A DNA stretch of 64,000 nucleotides from Tubiluchus corallicola. Its lineage: Eukaryota > Animalia > Priapulida. Location: contig JAQGDQ010000628.1 in the NCBI GenBank assembly GCA_030141605.1, positions 60,060-124,059 of the forward strand, given 5' to 3'. The notes beneath the pieces are model-generated. The model was given only the letters and a program-made list of their open reading frames with translations, was not told the origin of the DNA and made no database searches. Shown one piece after another: positions 48,008 to 64,000 of the stretch (positions are counted from its first letter, which is position 1; every line of letters begins with the position of its first letter). A program made the translations under genes and the position numbers.

Positions 48008-48095
48008 TTTTGGAATTTATAAATTGCGAATTGCGGTATAGAGTGTGATTCTTTTTATATGATATTAAGTGTGATGCAATACATAAGTATGTTGC

Positions 48096-48220
<125 letters not shown>

Positions 48221-48256
48221 TCTCTCTCTCTCTCTCTCTCTCTCCCCTCTCTCTCT

Positions 48257-48301
<45 letters not shown>

Positions 48302-48540
48302 CGCACGGTTTGCCAGTTTTGACAAGTATTAAGGACTGGTCTTGAGAATAAAACAGTTTTTCTTTCAATTGTTCTTTCCTTTAACAACTGTATAACTCCA
48401 TATTTTCTCTTCGAAAATGCTTCTCCAACGTTCTAGCAGTTCAAAAATTTTCTGGGCGCCAAACATGGTAGCCCCCCACCCCCGATGGGGCCTCATATGC
48501 CCCACTTCCCCGGGCCTCGCCTAGGCTGAAATAGGCCTTG

Positions 48541-49135
48541 GCTGTAATAGTTGTCGCTAATAAACATACGTCATCTGCGTACATTAAATGATTCATGATC
48601 GTATTAGCAATATTACATCCAAGCTGAGTGCGTGACAATTTAGCACTGAAGTCTCTCAAATAGAAGTTAAAAAGAACTGGAGACATTCTGCCGCCTTGAC
48701 GTACCCCGTTACTTATGCTGAAAATTTTAGAGTGGATACGCCTCCATCTAACAAACATACTTTGATTCATATAATAGTATACAAGTAGATGAATAACAAT
48801 ATTTGGAAATGTAGTTTTAGTCAAATTTAAGAAAAGCTTAAAGTTATTTACTCTGTCAAGCGCTTTAGACGCGTCTATAAAAACGATACGAAGTGAACTA
48901 TTTCGTGTTGTGTAGCAATCAATAATTTCTTTTAAAGTGTCTATACAAATTTTTGTACCTAGTTTCTCGACATAGCTAAATTGGTTCGTAGTAGCAGGAA
49001 TAAAATGTAACGATTCAGCAGTAAGGTTTCTATGAGTTTGATAGCAATAGTTGACAATGCTATAGGTCAGTAGTTATCCACGTTAGTTATATCACAATTC
49101 TTATCTTTAACTAGGGACAAGTACGGATAACATAA
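48541..49135 (-). mobile_element. Degraded non-LTR retrotransposon reverse transcriptase fragment
   Basis: FSISNGVRQGGRMSPVLFNFY...NHLMYADDVCLLA; upstream DASKALDRV-like motif; stops and frameshifts. Confidence 0.88.
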
Positions 49136-49164
49136 AAGCTTGACTTAAACATAAACTAAAAATA

Positions 49165-49730
<566 letters not shown>

Positions 49731-51152
49731 ATTACCCTTTATCTATATTGACTGCTTAGAAAGAAAATAAAGAAAATGTATATAATAAAGAACATAATAA
49801 AGAAAATGGCACTTTGATGCAAAGGATTTCTATAATAAAACTAGAATGTTTCCAGTAGGAAGCAGGTCTCTGCCAAAACCGAACAATCCTAAACGTATTC
49901 GTCTGATTCTTCTGACTAACATTCAGCACAAAGATAAACAAGCAAACAAGGGAAAATGTGACTGTATTGGTTTCATTAGAGTACAGGGTTTTCATTAGAA
50001 TACCTCAGTATAGACTAGCAAAGACTCACAAAACATTTGTTCGTTAAATACTCTTATAATTAATAATGCTCCTGTGTTTCTCGAGGTGTTTATTTACCCT
50101 TGTAACCATTAATGTTGACAAACGTAATAAATGACAAATATATACAGTCATTTGCAAAAGTTTAAGACCAAAGTGATTTTTTCTTGAAAATTGACAAAAC
50201 CATCGTTTAACACGGTTCAATCTAAAAACTATTCAATTATTCTTCTAGAAAAATATACTACAGCATAGTTTGTATGTTTTTATCCAAAAATAGTTCTTGA
50301 ACATTTTAGTACTTTGTATGGCCGCCGAAATTGTCAATCACTGCCTTCATTCTGTACTTACTGTGTCTCCTTATTAGGCTATATAACATTCTTCAAACAC
50401 TTCATGGAGGTGTCAGAGGGCGTGTTTAGTACTTTTTTGTTATTTCCACCAGGAAAAACAACTACGAGTTGCTTCCAGTTCCATTTCGAGAAATTCTCGG
50501 TTGTAAAACTGTGTAACGTTGTTTGTAATCGTTACTTATTAATGTATATGGCCAAGATGACTTGTTACGTTCATCTGTCGGTCTGTTGAGCCATTCTGAT
50601 TGTCATAGAAATCACTTGCTTCAAAATATCATATGTGCAATTTTTTCCCACTTTTCCATTTGTGACATTTTTTCCTGTGCCATTTTACATGTGTCATTTT
50701 TACTTGTGTCATTCTTATCTGTGCTATTTCATGTCTGTGCCATCTTAAAGTCCAAAATACTCCATCTGGCACCTTCGCGAATGGCTTTTTGTATGTGGTG
50801 CTGGGTCAGTTTTGTAAAAAAAGTCGAAGAGATTCCCATTTTGGCACCCCCAAAACCAGTCTTTCTCCACTATAGGTTTCATGGAAATCTATTAGATAGT
50901 TTTTGCGTAATAGGCTTACTACCATATCAGACAAAAAGGAACAAACAAACAGACAGACAAACTGTGTTCAATTATAACTTTCTTGGTAGAGGTAAAATTT
51001 ATCCCCCGCTGTAACCCTAACCTTAAACACATACTTTAGTAAGTGTGCCACTTTTCTTGTGGCACTTTTACCTACACTCATGTTCAGACACCCAAACTGT
51101 GGTAAAAACAAGTCCAAACAGGGGCGTATCAATACTTAAAACGACGCGTTAC

Positions 51153-51479
51153 CAGGGCCATTTCAGTGGGGATACTTCCCCGGGGCCTCACCCTCCAGGG
51201 GGGCCTCGCGCCAAGGTAACATTTTTTTGCTTTATGCAAACATACTGCCTCCCCTCTCTCTCTCTTGCCGCACACACGCTGTTTGCCAGTATTGACAAGT
51301 ATTAAGGACTGGTCTTGAGAATAAAGCAGTTTTTCTTTCAATTGTTCTTTCCTTTAACAACTGTGTAACTCCATATTTTCTCTTCGAAAATGCTTCCCCG
51401 GCGTTCTAGAAGTTCAAAAATTTTGGGGGCCTCACACGCCCCACTTCCCCGGGCCACGCTTAGGTTGAAATAGGCCCTG
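51153..51479. mobile_element. hAT-type MITE; relatives at ~48220-48540, ~52875-53108 and 63740-64000
   Basis: CAGGGCC...GGCCCTG termini; 8-bp TSD CGCGTTAC. Confidence 0.88.
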
Positions 51480-51786
51480 CGCGTTACCTTAGTAGCCCTT
51501 GTTTATTGTAGATTCATGGTTGTTTATATGCTAAGCGCTTAAGAACAATTACTTGTGGTGTATTAGTAGCATTATTGCCAAATTAATCAAGCCACGCATA
51601 TTTGTACAGAGATTATATAACCAATCTCTGCAGCTGCTTGTAATGTAATACCTTTTACTTTTGTTTGATGTAATATGTGGTTTACATAAAATTTGACACA
51701 ACAACTGCTTGTGGCGTGTTATAAAATACGCGCTTTTGTAAATATGAAAGGATGTGCATATTCCGAGGAATATAAACATTTATTAA

Positions 51787-52240
51787 CCCTTTCAGTCCCA
51801 AATCATTTTTTTAATAAAAAAAATTTGGCTTGGTACTTTTGTTCAGTACGTCCATCTTGTTTACACATAATAATTTTTTTACTACCTGTGCCCGCGTGCT
51901 AAATGTAGCCTATATCCCACGGGATACATTGGGATTCAATGGAAGCATAAAATGTGCTTCATTTTGCAACTGCTGATAATTTTTTAAAGCATTTAAGACA
52001 TTTAGTATGCATGCTATGCTGATCTGTACAAAGTCGTCTCTAAAGTACTGTACCTTGCGCAGTTTTTTTATGCTATGTAGATTTTTAGTTTGCCATTTTA
52101 TCACCATTTTTAGTCTGTTGTTATTGGCTTAAATCAAAAAAAGTATTAACAGATCAAATAACTGTCATTTTTAAAATTTTATTAATTTTAAAGGCAGAAA
52201 ATATTTTCGTATCCCACGGGGTACAACGGGTATGAAAGGG
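51787..52240. mobile_element. piggyBac-type MITE
   Basis: TTAA|CCCTTTCAGTCCC ... GGGTATGAAAGGG|TTAA. Confidence 0.82.
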
Positions 52241-53111
52241 TTAAGGCCTCCTTAAAATCTGGCGCCCTCGATACCCATTTGGCTACAGCCTAGTGAGCGT
52301 AAAGGTACATCCGCCCCTAGTCGTGCCCAGGCCCTAAACATTTTAAAATCACCCTAAAGAAGCTCACTTCCCACCGTTGCAGAAATGAATTCAGCTTAAC
52401 TCGACAGTAGATAATTAATAGTTTGTTTTAAGACGGGATTTAATCAGTAAAACAAGAGTCGTATGACTCCTTGCCGTCAGAGAAAGTTTAAGTAATAATA
52501 ATAATTATTATTATTATTAATAAACTAATTTTAGGGCACGCATAGTAAATCACCTAAGACGTGAATACGCCCCAGCAGGCAACTCAAATAAAAATTTCTC
52601 ATTGTTTCGGGTTGATTGTGTTGGCAATGTACATCAGCTCCGGGGGACAGTGAATCAATGCCATTGTTATCGCTTCAACTTCTTAATATGTGTGCTGTGG
52701 CTGATTCTTACATTAACGTAAGTTGAACTTTTTCGTTTTTCTGCTTTAATTTTAGCACTAATTATTTAACTTCCACGACAGCATCACAACGTCGCTTTAA
52801 TTACTGTTACTATTAATGTCGCAGATACGAGCCCAATTTAATAATTTTAGTACATGCTTGTGATTCACGTGTGAGGCCTCCTGGGGGGACGGTGGGCGAA
52901 GCGCCGGGGGGCGTATGCACACCTTGGTTGGCGCCCAGAAAATTTTTGAACTGCTAGAACGCCGGAGAAGCATTTTCAAAGAGAAAATATGGAGTTATGC
53001 AGTATGTTCGCATAAAGCAAAAAAAATAATGTTACCTCGGTGCGAGGCCCCCCTGCAGGGTGAGGCCCCGGGGAAGTATCCCCACTTCCCCCCTTGAAAT
53101 AGGCCCTGCTT

Positions 53112-54063
53112 GTGAATTGTTTGCGAAGTCTGAAAGACCAACCATAACACGGTTATTGCCAGTGTCTCCTAGGGACGTATTAACCAATAGGCTAACTAGA
53201 CTATAGCCTCGCGCGCAAAGTGGAGATGCACTAGAATTAAATAGAATATTGTAGAATGTTCTACAGTATAGTAGCAGGGCCGGCCTTAAGTAATTGGAGG
53301 CCCTAGGCGAAGTGAATTTATGGCCCCAAATGAAATAGAAAAATAAAAAATAAGTACGGAAAAAATATAATTACGCAATTTACGAGAGAGACACAGAGAG
53401 AGCGAAAGAAAGAAAGAGAGGGAGAGAGAGAGAGAAAGTGAGAGAGAGAGAGGGAGAAAGAGAGAGAGAAGAGAGAGAGACAGAGAGGCGAGAAAAAGAG
53501 GGAGAGAGAGAGAGAGAAAGAGAGAGATTGAGAGAGAGGGGAGGGAAGGAGAGAGAGGAGAGGGGGGAGGAGAGACAGAGAAAGAGAGAGAAAGTGAGAG
53601 AGAGAGAGGAGGCAGTATGTTCGCATAAAGCAAAAAAATGTTACCTCGGCGTGAGGCCCCCCTGGAGGGTGAGGCCCTAGGCGGTTGCCTAGTTTGCCTA
53701 TGCTTAAGGCCGGCCCTGTATAGTAGAACCAATCTTTTTACCTTGTAGATTCTAGAACTTTCTATACGCGATGCGCGTAGTAGTTTCTGGATTATTCTGG
53801 TGTTGTTCATTGGCACTGATATATAAGGCAGAGCTGGGCGCTCAAGTTTGGTTCTCATATTGTCGTATTCTCGGGTTCTCATATTCTCAGATTAATCTCG
53901 GATACACGCTTTCTCGCTTTCGTGTTTCCAGATTATCACAGTGACCGTACATATTTTTCGTTCCTTCATACTTTGTGTTGTGGAATTCTCACACAATAAA
54001 CCCATTTAATTTGACAACGTGTTTTCTTGTTTTCTCTACGAGCCGTCCCAAAGAAACACAACA
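53112..54063 (+). mobile_element. Possible solo LTR interrupted by the hAT MITE
   Basis: TATATAAGG box at ~53820, AATAAA at ~53995, ends ...ACACAACA; 5' boundary uncertain and no TSD identified. Confidence 0.45.
53275..53718. mobile_element. hAT-type MITE with internal (GA)n
   Basis: 16-bp TIR CAGGGCCGGCCTTAAG; 8-bp TSD TATAGTAG. Confidence 0.9.
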
Positions 54064-56269
54064 TTCATGTAATCGTATCCGTGTAAAGGGAATATTTTAC
54101 AACACGCTAAAGGTAGTTACTGAGTGCCGTTTTTATATAACTGCCACATAACGAACAGGTGCAAGGTATTACACAACAAGCAGTTGCGCAGCCTGCTTGA
54201 ATATAAACACTATACAAATACATGTAATTATTAATGGACACGTAGAAACTAAGTTAATAGTGTTTCTAACATACCACATGTATTTTTTTTTAATTTTCTC
54301 TTTACATAAACAACCATAAATTCACAATTGAGATGGGTGGGACAGAACTATCAGCATCTTAAAGTCTTGATACGCCCCTGGTCTTTCTTCAATGATTTGC
54401 GAAATTGATGCTGATTTGATGCGTCAACTGTTTCACTATTAAGTGAATTCCAAGGGCCCACAACACGAGAAGAGAAGAAATGAGCTCTGACTTTAGTGCG
54501 AGAGTATTGTACAAATAATTTAGAACTGCGTCCATGTAAATCACGTAGTGGTCTAGCAAAAACTTGTCACTACGTCAAATAGAACTACCACTATTGACTT
54601 TGTAACAGATAAGGGACAAAAACGGGGTACCCGAAGTTGGTTTCAAAAAATCGTCTTAAAAATTGTCTTACTTTATTTATAGCAATTTTATGCGTGCAAT
54701 CCTACTCGCGTTGAAAGGATTTTTTGTTTGCTTTTTTATTTTAAATATTCCGCAGTACTGTTACGACGGCACCATTACATGACGTCATATAGACACAACG
54801 TAAATCAGGGGAAGAAAAGGAAATGTTAAATTACGTCCCAAAAAACTTTTCATGCAAAGTTATGTTAATTAGCATTTCGCTTACCTGCTTAATTGACTTA
54901 TGTAACTAGAAAAGAAAATTATTAATTATTTAATTAAAATGTTTTCACCAATTAGTAAAATGTTGCTGACTCACCACACAAGGGTGCACCACTCACTAAG
55001 CAAAAAACATATTTTTAATTTTATTGACAAGGTACAGTAATTTAAAATTTTACTTGGTTAGTGACGTGTGTGCTACGAATGCACTGGTAATTTTTTAAAA
55101 TTTTCCTCAATGTTATCTAAACTCTTTTCAAATGACCTACCGTCAAAATGGCTGCGTCTAACGGTCATCGCAGGAGTTTTATACAGCTTTGTTGCCGACG
55201 CAAAATGCGTGTGAAAAGGTAGTATGTAAGTGGTATAAAATTTCAAGACGAATTTTTTAAGCTTTATGTAAGTGGAGGGTTTTCTTGTGCTTTAATGAGA
55301 TCTATAGTATCACGGCGTTGTTCAAGAGAAGATACAGTCAGGTTGAATATCAGAGGCCAGACTAATACACTTCCATTGAGTTCTTTCTAAAGCATTTTTA
55401 AGCCTTTTGACTAAACAACACATGCATATTCAAGGATTGGTCTACCTACAGCTTTATAAAGCGGTAGTTTTTGATAAATAAATTTAGTTAGTTATGAATT
55501 TTGTTTTGTAATTTTTAACACTAAGCCTTTTTCATTAGCACTAGGTTTGTGCTGCCATCTATTAATGCACTTTGTAGTTTATCACTTAATATTTTGCTGT
55601 AGCTATATGTTTTTCATGAAATTAAGCCACTTGGCTTGCTGAGTTGAAAGTAGTGGTTTTTCAAACTTGTGTTTACACAATGATCCGGTGCTCCTTTAAG
55701 ACACTCCTCTCAGAAGAACCCTCTTCTTAAAGGAAGACAGGATGATTTTTCATATACTACCCCATTTTCAGGCCCGATAAAGCGAAAAAGTATGCTTTTT
55801 TACCCACATCTGCAAAAGTGTTTCTGGTAATATATATATAATGATAATAATATATATTATTATAACTATATTAAGAACTGAAAGTGCAACAAGTGTTTGA
55901 GAAAACTATCCTCATTTCCCTATGATGGCAGCACTAGTCAAAGGTTTGTCGATTTGCAAATTAATCATTTAACCTTACGAAAAGCTGTTTTTTTCTTCTA
56001 AAAATCGATTAGATCACTTTATTTTAAATTCTGACATCATAAGTTACACATCATTAATCTGTATGAGTCTAATTTTTATATTCTTAGCGAATTTTTAGAA
56101 TTGTATTTGTAAGTGCATAAAGGGTGCCCATATATGAGCTTTTAAGTTAGTTTTTTAGTGGTATTTCTTTTAATCTTTGTATTTGTGTTTATGAACTTTT
56201 ATTTCCTAAACACAAAATAATTGAACTGAATTGAGTTTACGCCACCTGGTATATAGTTAGTTTGTTGTG

Positions 56270-57403
56270 TCAAGCCATACCAATCCATTCATGTGGCCAA
56301 TATTCATCGAACACGAACCAATGAAGAATTCCGTCTTTGTAACCGTCTGGTAGATAATCACGAAAATATATGACAGTTCCATTCGATAAGTATCCACACC
56401 AGAAGCCGAATGTGCCCACGGTCATTATTACGTGTTGACACAGTTGACTAGCAATACACATATCTACCTCGGGATCTTTGCTCGTTGGTATAAATACAAC
56501 GTCAGATCCTTTAATGTTCTTCTTATTCCATTCAATATCATCACCAATCACAACAAACACAACATTGGCAAACTTTTCCCTCATGTAAGCCATTGCTTTG
56601 TTAAAGTAATCAAGGGAAGGCATGCGGCATGATGACATGCTTCTCGGGAAATCAGTTCTTCGTATGTGAATTCCTACTTTTGTGATCGGTTTTTCTAAAA
56701 TGTTGTTGTCTTTAAACTTCAGTAGAAGTTGTGTGTACAGACTGCGCTTAGCTTTTGCTAATGTTTTTTGGTTAAATGTGAACTGGTTTCTTATATCATC
56801 CTTCCAGTCGTTAAAATATTTAGAAGACTGAAGGTACCCATATATGCTAACTCCACGTGCCTGCGCAACATAATCTTCTAAATTTTGTGTCATGGGGTAG
56901 AATTTATTACTGAATATTAACTTAATTTCCACCATTTGACGTCGATAGTGTTTGTACATTGCCGTGCAAGTGAAGACCGGTATTTCCAACTGAGTAAATA
57001 TTCTGTACAAGCTAAAAGAACTAGGCAACACTGCAGTAAAGTTATTTACACGGGCTATCGCGTACAATGCTGCGTATCGGAACATTTTATTGCCCAGTCT
57101 GCCCATAATGTCTGATGATGTTACATATCGCACATTGTCGTCAACATCGTCTATGTAGTTCATCGCACGTACATCATTTGATTCTTTTTCACATTCTTTT
57201 GCTATCCTTTCATCCCAAGATGGACCATCATCTTGCCTTAAAGCGGAAAGCCTCAAAGTTGCAGCTCCATTTTGAACAGCTGTTACGTCACAATGATTTA
57301 AAGAGCAAAAAATCAATAGATACAGAATGAACACAAGTTGAAACTTGCTGAGTCCAAAGTTTCTGATGGCACACTTCTTTTCCATAGCTTCTACCAACTG
57401 CAA
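56270..57403 (-). CDS. Glycosyltransferase family 11 galactoside alpha-1,2-fucosyltransferase-like protein, single exon
   Basis: N-terminal signal anchor; GRLGNKMFRYAALY, GYLQSSKYF, GIHIRRTDF, FVVIGDDIEW and DMCIASQLCQHVIMTVGTFGFWCGYL match GT11 motifs; ends WIGMA. Confidence 0.93.
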   Translation of the reverse strand: MQLVEAMEKKCAIRNFGLSKFQLVFILYLLIFCSLNHCDVTAVQNGAATLRLSALRQDDGPSWDERIAKECEKESNDVRAMNYIDDVDDNVRYVTSSDIMGRLGNKMFRYAALYAIARVNNFTAVLPSSFSLYRIFTQLEIPVFTCTAMYKHYRRQMVEIKLIFSNKFYPMTQNLEDYVAQARGVSIYGYLQSSKYFNDWKDDIRNQFTFNQKTLAKAKRSLYTQLLLKFKDNNILEKPITKVGIHIRRTDFPRSMSSCRMPSLDYFNKAMAYMREKFANVVFVVIGDDIEWNKKNIKGSDVVFIPTSKDPEVDMCIASQLCQHVIMTVGTFGFWCGYLSNGTVIYFRDYLPDGYKDGILHWFVFDEYWPHEWIGMA

Positions 57404-59080
57404 TGATTAACGATGTTGTTAAAAGTGCAAAATCGTCAGGAAATTCTAGCATCACTTACAGTACTTCTTACAGTATTACAATCAAAACCTCGTTATAACG
57501 CCAGATGTTGGACACCACTGAATATGTCACTATACCGGGGTTGGAGGTAAGGCACGGTTCATTAGCTGTCAAGACCCATTTCAGTCTATAAACTGTATTT
57601 TGTTTCATACTTAATTTTAATATGTCAGAAATAATATAATATTATTGTACCTACAACAATACGTATGTTATACTGTACATTTTTCGCATTAACAAAATTA
57701 ATGCAGGTGTAGCTCTACGGCTGCGCGTTGCAAAAGTTTTAGGTAATACGATGTGGAGTAGCAATCTTGTGAAATATTGCTGTCCCACTGACAAGAAAAA
57801 TATGCAGCCACACAGCCCACCCACGCTACCAGCCTAACATTATTAGATAATTTAAAAACAATCTGTCTTACATATGAAGTTGCACTTTCACAAATTACAT
57901 AATTTTTATATTTATATCTCAATGAAGGAGAGTAGACTATTAATTATTAACTAACTAAACGTACCTGGTAGCCAATTTCTTTTCCTCTTGGCAGGCACCT
58001 CTTAGTCAAGAATTCTTAAGGTGCAACGACACTTGTGCTTCGACAGTAAAAGTTAAAGTTCGTGAATTGCTAACACAATCACTTTGCAGATCTGTACACT
58101 GTGCAATGAGCAATGCTAACATAATCAGTTTGCAGATCCATATACCCTGTGCAATGACCGCTAATAATATTGAAACTAATTATTATTCATATCGCATATG
58201 CATGCTATACCGTGCGCATTCGCCTGAAGCACACGTGCTAACCAAAGATCTCTAACAATCTTCACGTCCCTAAACGTCTTAGAATTATTTCATCTGTGAC
58301 TTCACCTATGCATGCAACCCATACACTGCATACTTTCTAATTGCCAAAAAATAATTAAGATGGAAAAAGCACTTGTAAAAATATTTCTAATAATTAACTA
58401 CTAGTGTGCTAACAAGTGTGCTACAAATACTCTGAATTTTTTTTTCAAACTTTACTTAATGTTATCAAAACTTGTTTCAAACAACCTACCATTAAAATGG
58501 CAGCGCCTAAAGGTCATGGGAGTTTAAATTTACATGTTTTATACAGCGTTACGGCCGATGCAAGCCGTGCACACGAAAAGGCTGCACGTAAGTGGTATAA
58601 AATTTCGAGACGAATTTTTCAAGCTTTATGTAAATGGAAGGTTTTCCTGTGCTTTAATGTACAAAGCAGTTCAATTCTTTTAACTTTATTTGCAAACACT
58701 TAGCTATTTGCTACTGTACCAGTTTTTTTTTTCTTCATGTTTACTGTACATGCCTGCTTAATCATTACCTATTTGGCTTTTGTAAATACATAATTAGTGC
58801 TTAAGATGCTGTTTCAATTTCTTTACTGGTCTGTTTATTCGTTACATAGTTGGCTTCTGTTAACTACTTAATTACTGCATAATAGGCCCTGCCTAAATAA
58901 ACTGGTTGTATGTTTGTAAATTTACCCCTAATGGCGACAGCAGCAGCCTATCGAAACGTTTGGCATGATTTTAACTTTTAACTTTTTAATGTAAATCTTT
59001 TTAATAAAGTTGTGTTTTTTTAACTATCAATGTTAAATGTTTAAAACTGAACTATTATAATCATCTGTTAACTTTCGCAG

Positions 59081-62262
<3,182 letters not shown>

Positions 62263-62978
62263 GTAAGTCTATATCAGCAAAATAACTGAAATTCTTGAAA
62301 CAATTTAACTCATTCTTGTTGAGTAACGATTTTACTTTTGTAGTTTGTTGATTGCACACTAGATGGCGAGTAGTTTGCATTTTTTGCGATTTTGTTCAAC
62401 ACTTTTCATTCTTCGATTTAGTACACGTAATTAATTATTCAACGCTGGTAATAACTCATATTTGCTTCTATTTTTAAACAAATTAACTTTAACTCGCTAT
62501 CTGTTTCAACGAATTCATCATAGGTGTCGCCACGATAGTTGCGCGTACGTACACAACGTCATGCATGTAGAGGTTTATGCCTGGGTCTGCTTGCATCACA
62601 TTTACTACCAAAAGTGATCTTTCGGCCAAAAAGTGTTTCATTTCTGTTATCTAATTTCTAATCGTCTTCGTATATAGGTGTGTGTACAGGTATTATATTT
62701 GTCCCGATTTAAATTCGTTTCGCTTTCTTTTCTTTCTCTTTAAGTTTTTTTTTCTTTTGAAAGCAACAGATCGTAAACGTAATAATTGAAGACGATATTA
62801 AAATTCTGATGATGCTATTAATTTTGTTCATTTTGAAAACTCAGATAGTAAGATTTTTACAATATAAACTATTTTACCATTGTACAAGAATAATAATTTC
62901 GTTTAGGACATAGGTCCAAAGATGACACCATAAGTAACTCTAAGTACTTTTTTCCAAGGTGGTCCCGATTATTATCAC

Positions 62979-63406
62979 TAGGCGTAGGCATTCTCTACCG
63001 GAAAGCGAATTCGAATCGAACCGAATTTGTGACTTTCGAATTCGAATCGAGCCGAACGTCAGTGTTTCGAATTCGAACCGAATTCGAATTGAGATCGAAA
63101 GATTTTCGAACAAGTTTTCGAACCACCAGCAAAAATTAGTCTTACAAAGATCATGCATATCACTAGATTTTGTTCTGCAATAAAACGACTAGTAATTTCT
63201 TTAAAATTGTGTGCAGAAATCACGGCTAAATTATGCTAATTGCATGATGTTTCTATCGTTTTAGTGATAAAAACACATGTGTGATTGAAGTGCTGAATTA
63301 TTCGAATCTATAATTTTGGATTCGAATCGAGTTCGAACTAAAAAAACTCGTTCGAATCGAATTCGAGCGTTTGAATTCGAACTCGAACGTTCGATGCTCA
63401 CCCCTA
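62979..63406. mobile_element. hAT-type MITE rich in TTCGAA palindromes; inverted relative at ~23690-24050
   Basis: TAGG...CCTA termini; 8-bp TSD ATTATCAC. Confidence 0.87.
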
Positions 63407-63429
63407 ATTATCACACGGCACACTAGTTC

Positions 63430-63562
63430 GATAAACTCGCGTGCTTGGTCGATGAACCAGCAATACCATTGTTCAAGTCTTTAGTATGATGCGGTCGAGA
63501 GTTGAACCCACGACCTCCCGGGTGGTAAGCGAGCACGCTACAATTGAGCTACGCCACCCGGT
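63430..63562 (-). mobile_element. tRNA-derived SINE 5' portion
   Basis: Minus strand has A-box-like TAGCTCAATTGTAG and B-box GGTTCAACTC, followed by a non-tRNA body CATACTAAAGACTTGAACAATGGTA; no complete cloverleaf. Confidence 0.72.
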
Positions 63563-63880
63563 ACAAAGATATGTGTGCCTGTATTAAACGTTTTTGTATG
63601 CAATAAAACAACTTTATATTAATACGAACAAAATAACACTGCTGGGCAGATGGCGTCGGGTTATAAGCCCGTTGCTATATTTTACAAATTTCAATCCTGC
63701 ACAGAAAGGACGCAGTTAGCAAACATAATATGTTGCAGACAGGGCCTATTTCAAAGGGGGGAAGTGGGGATACTTCCCCGGGGCCTCACCCTCCAGGGGG
63801 GCCTCGCACCGAGGTAACATTTTTTTTTGCTTTATGCGAACATACTGCCTCCTCTTTCTCTCTCTCTCTCTCTCCCTCTT

Positions 63881-63950
<70 letters not shown>

Positions 63951-64000
63951 TTTCTCTCTCTCTCTCTCTCCCTCTCTCTCTGTCTCTCTCTCTCTCTCTC

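Noticed and set aside
63480-63562. tRNA gene
   Set aside because: A and B boxes are present but there is no acceptor stem, and it continues into a SINE-like body.

Overview
AT-rich, intron-containing animal genomic DNA, probably an invertebrate (inferred), rich in microsatellites, minisatellites and transposon remnants. It is not prokaryotic and has no CRISPR array. Four host genes are supported. (1) A large minus-strand gene, reconstructed by hand as 23 phase-compatible GT-AG coding exons from ATG 41229 to beyond position 1 (about 1216 aa visible): signal peptide, EGF-like domain, one atypical cadherin domain, an RRVKR furin-type site, then at least six divergent 168-192 aa repeats that I cannot assign to a named family. 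(2) A class A GPCR with a single coding exon, Moody/Tre1-like (46823-48007 +). (3) A single-exon GT11 alpha-1,2-fucosyltransferase (56270-57403 -). (4) The 5' part of a type II membrane short-chain collagen C4-like gene (59081 onward, +). The most unusual non-coding signals are a ~35-copy array built from a real exon end plus its splice donor, a Penelope-type minimal hammerhead ribozyme, a TTAGGG-bearing MITE expanded into a satellite, inverted solo-LTR-like copies bracketing an eight-exon block, and long intronic palindromes. Everything was read by eye, so family assignments and novelty need database checks.
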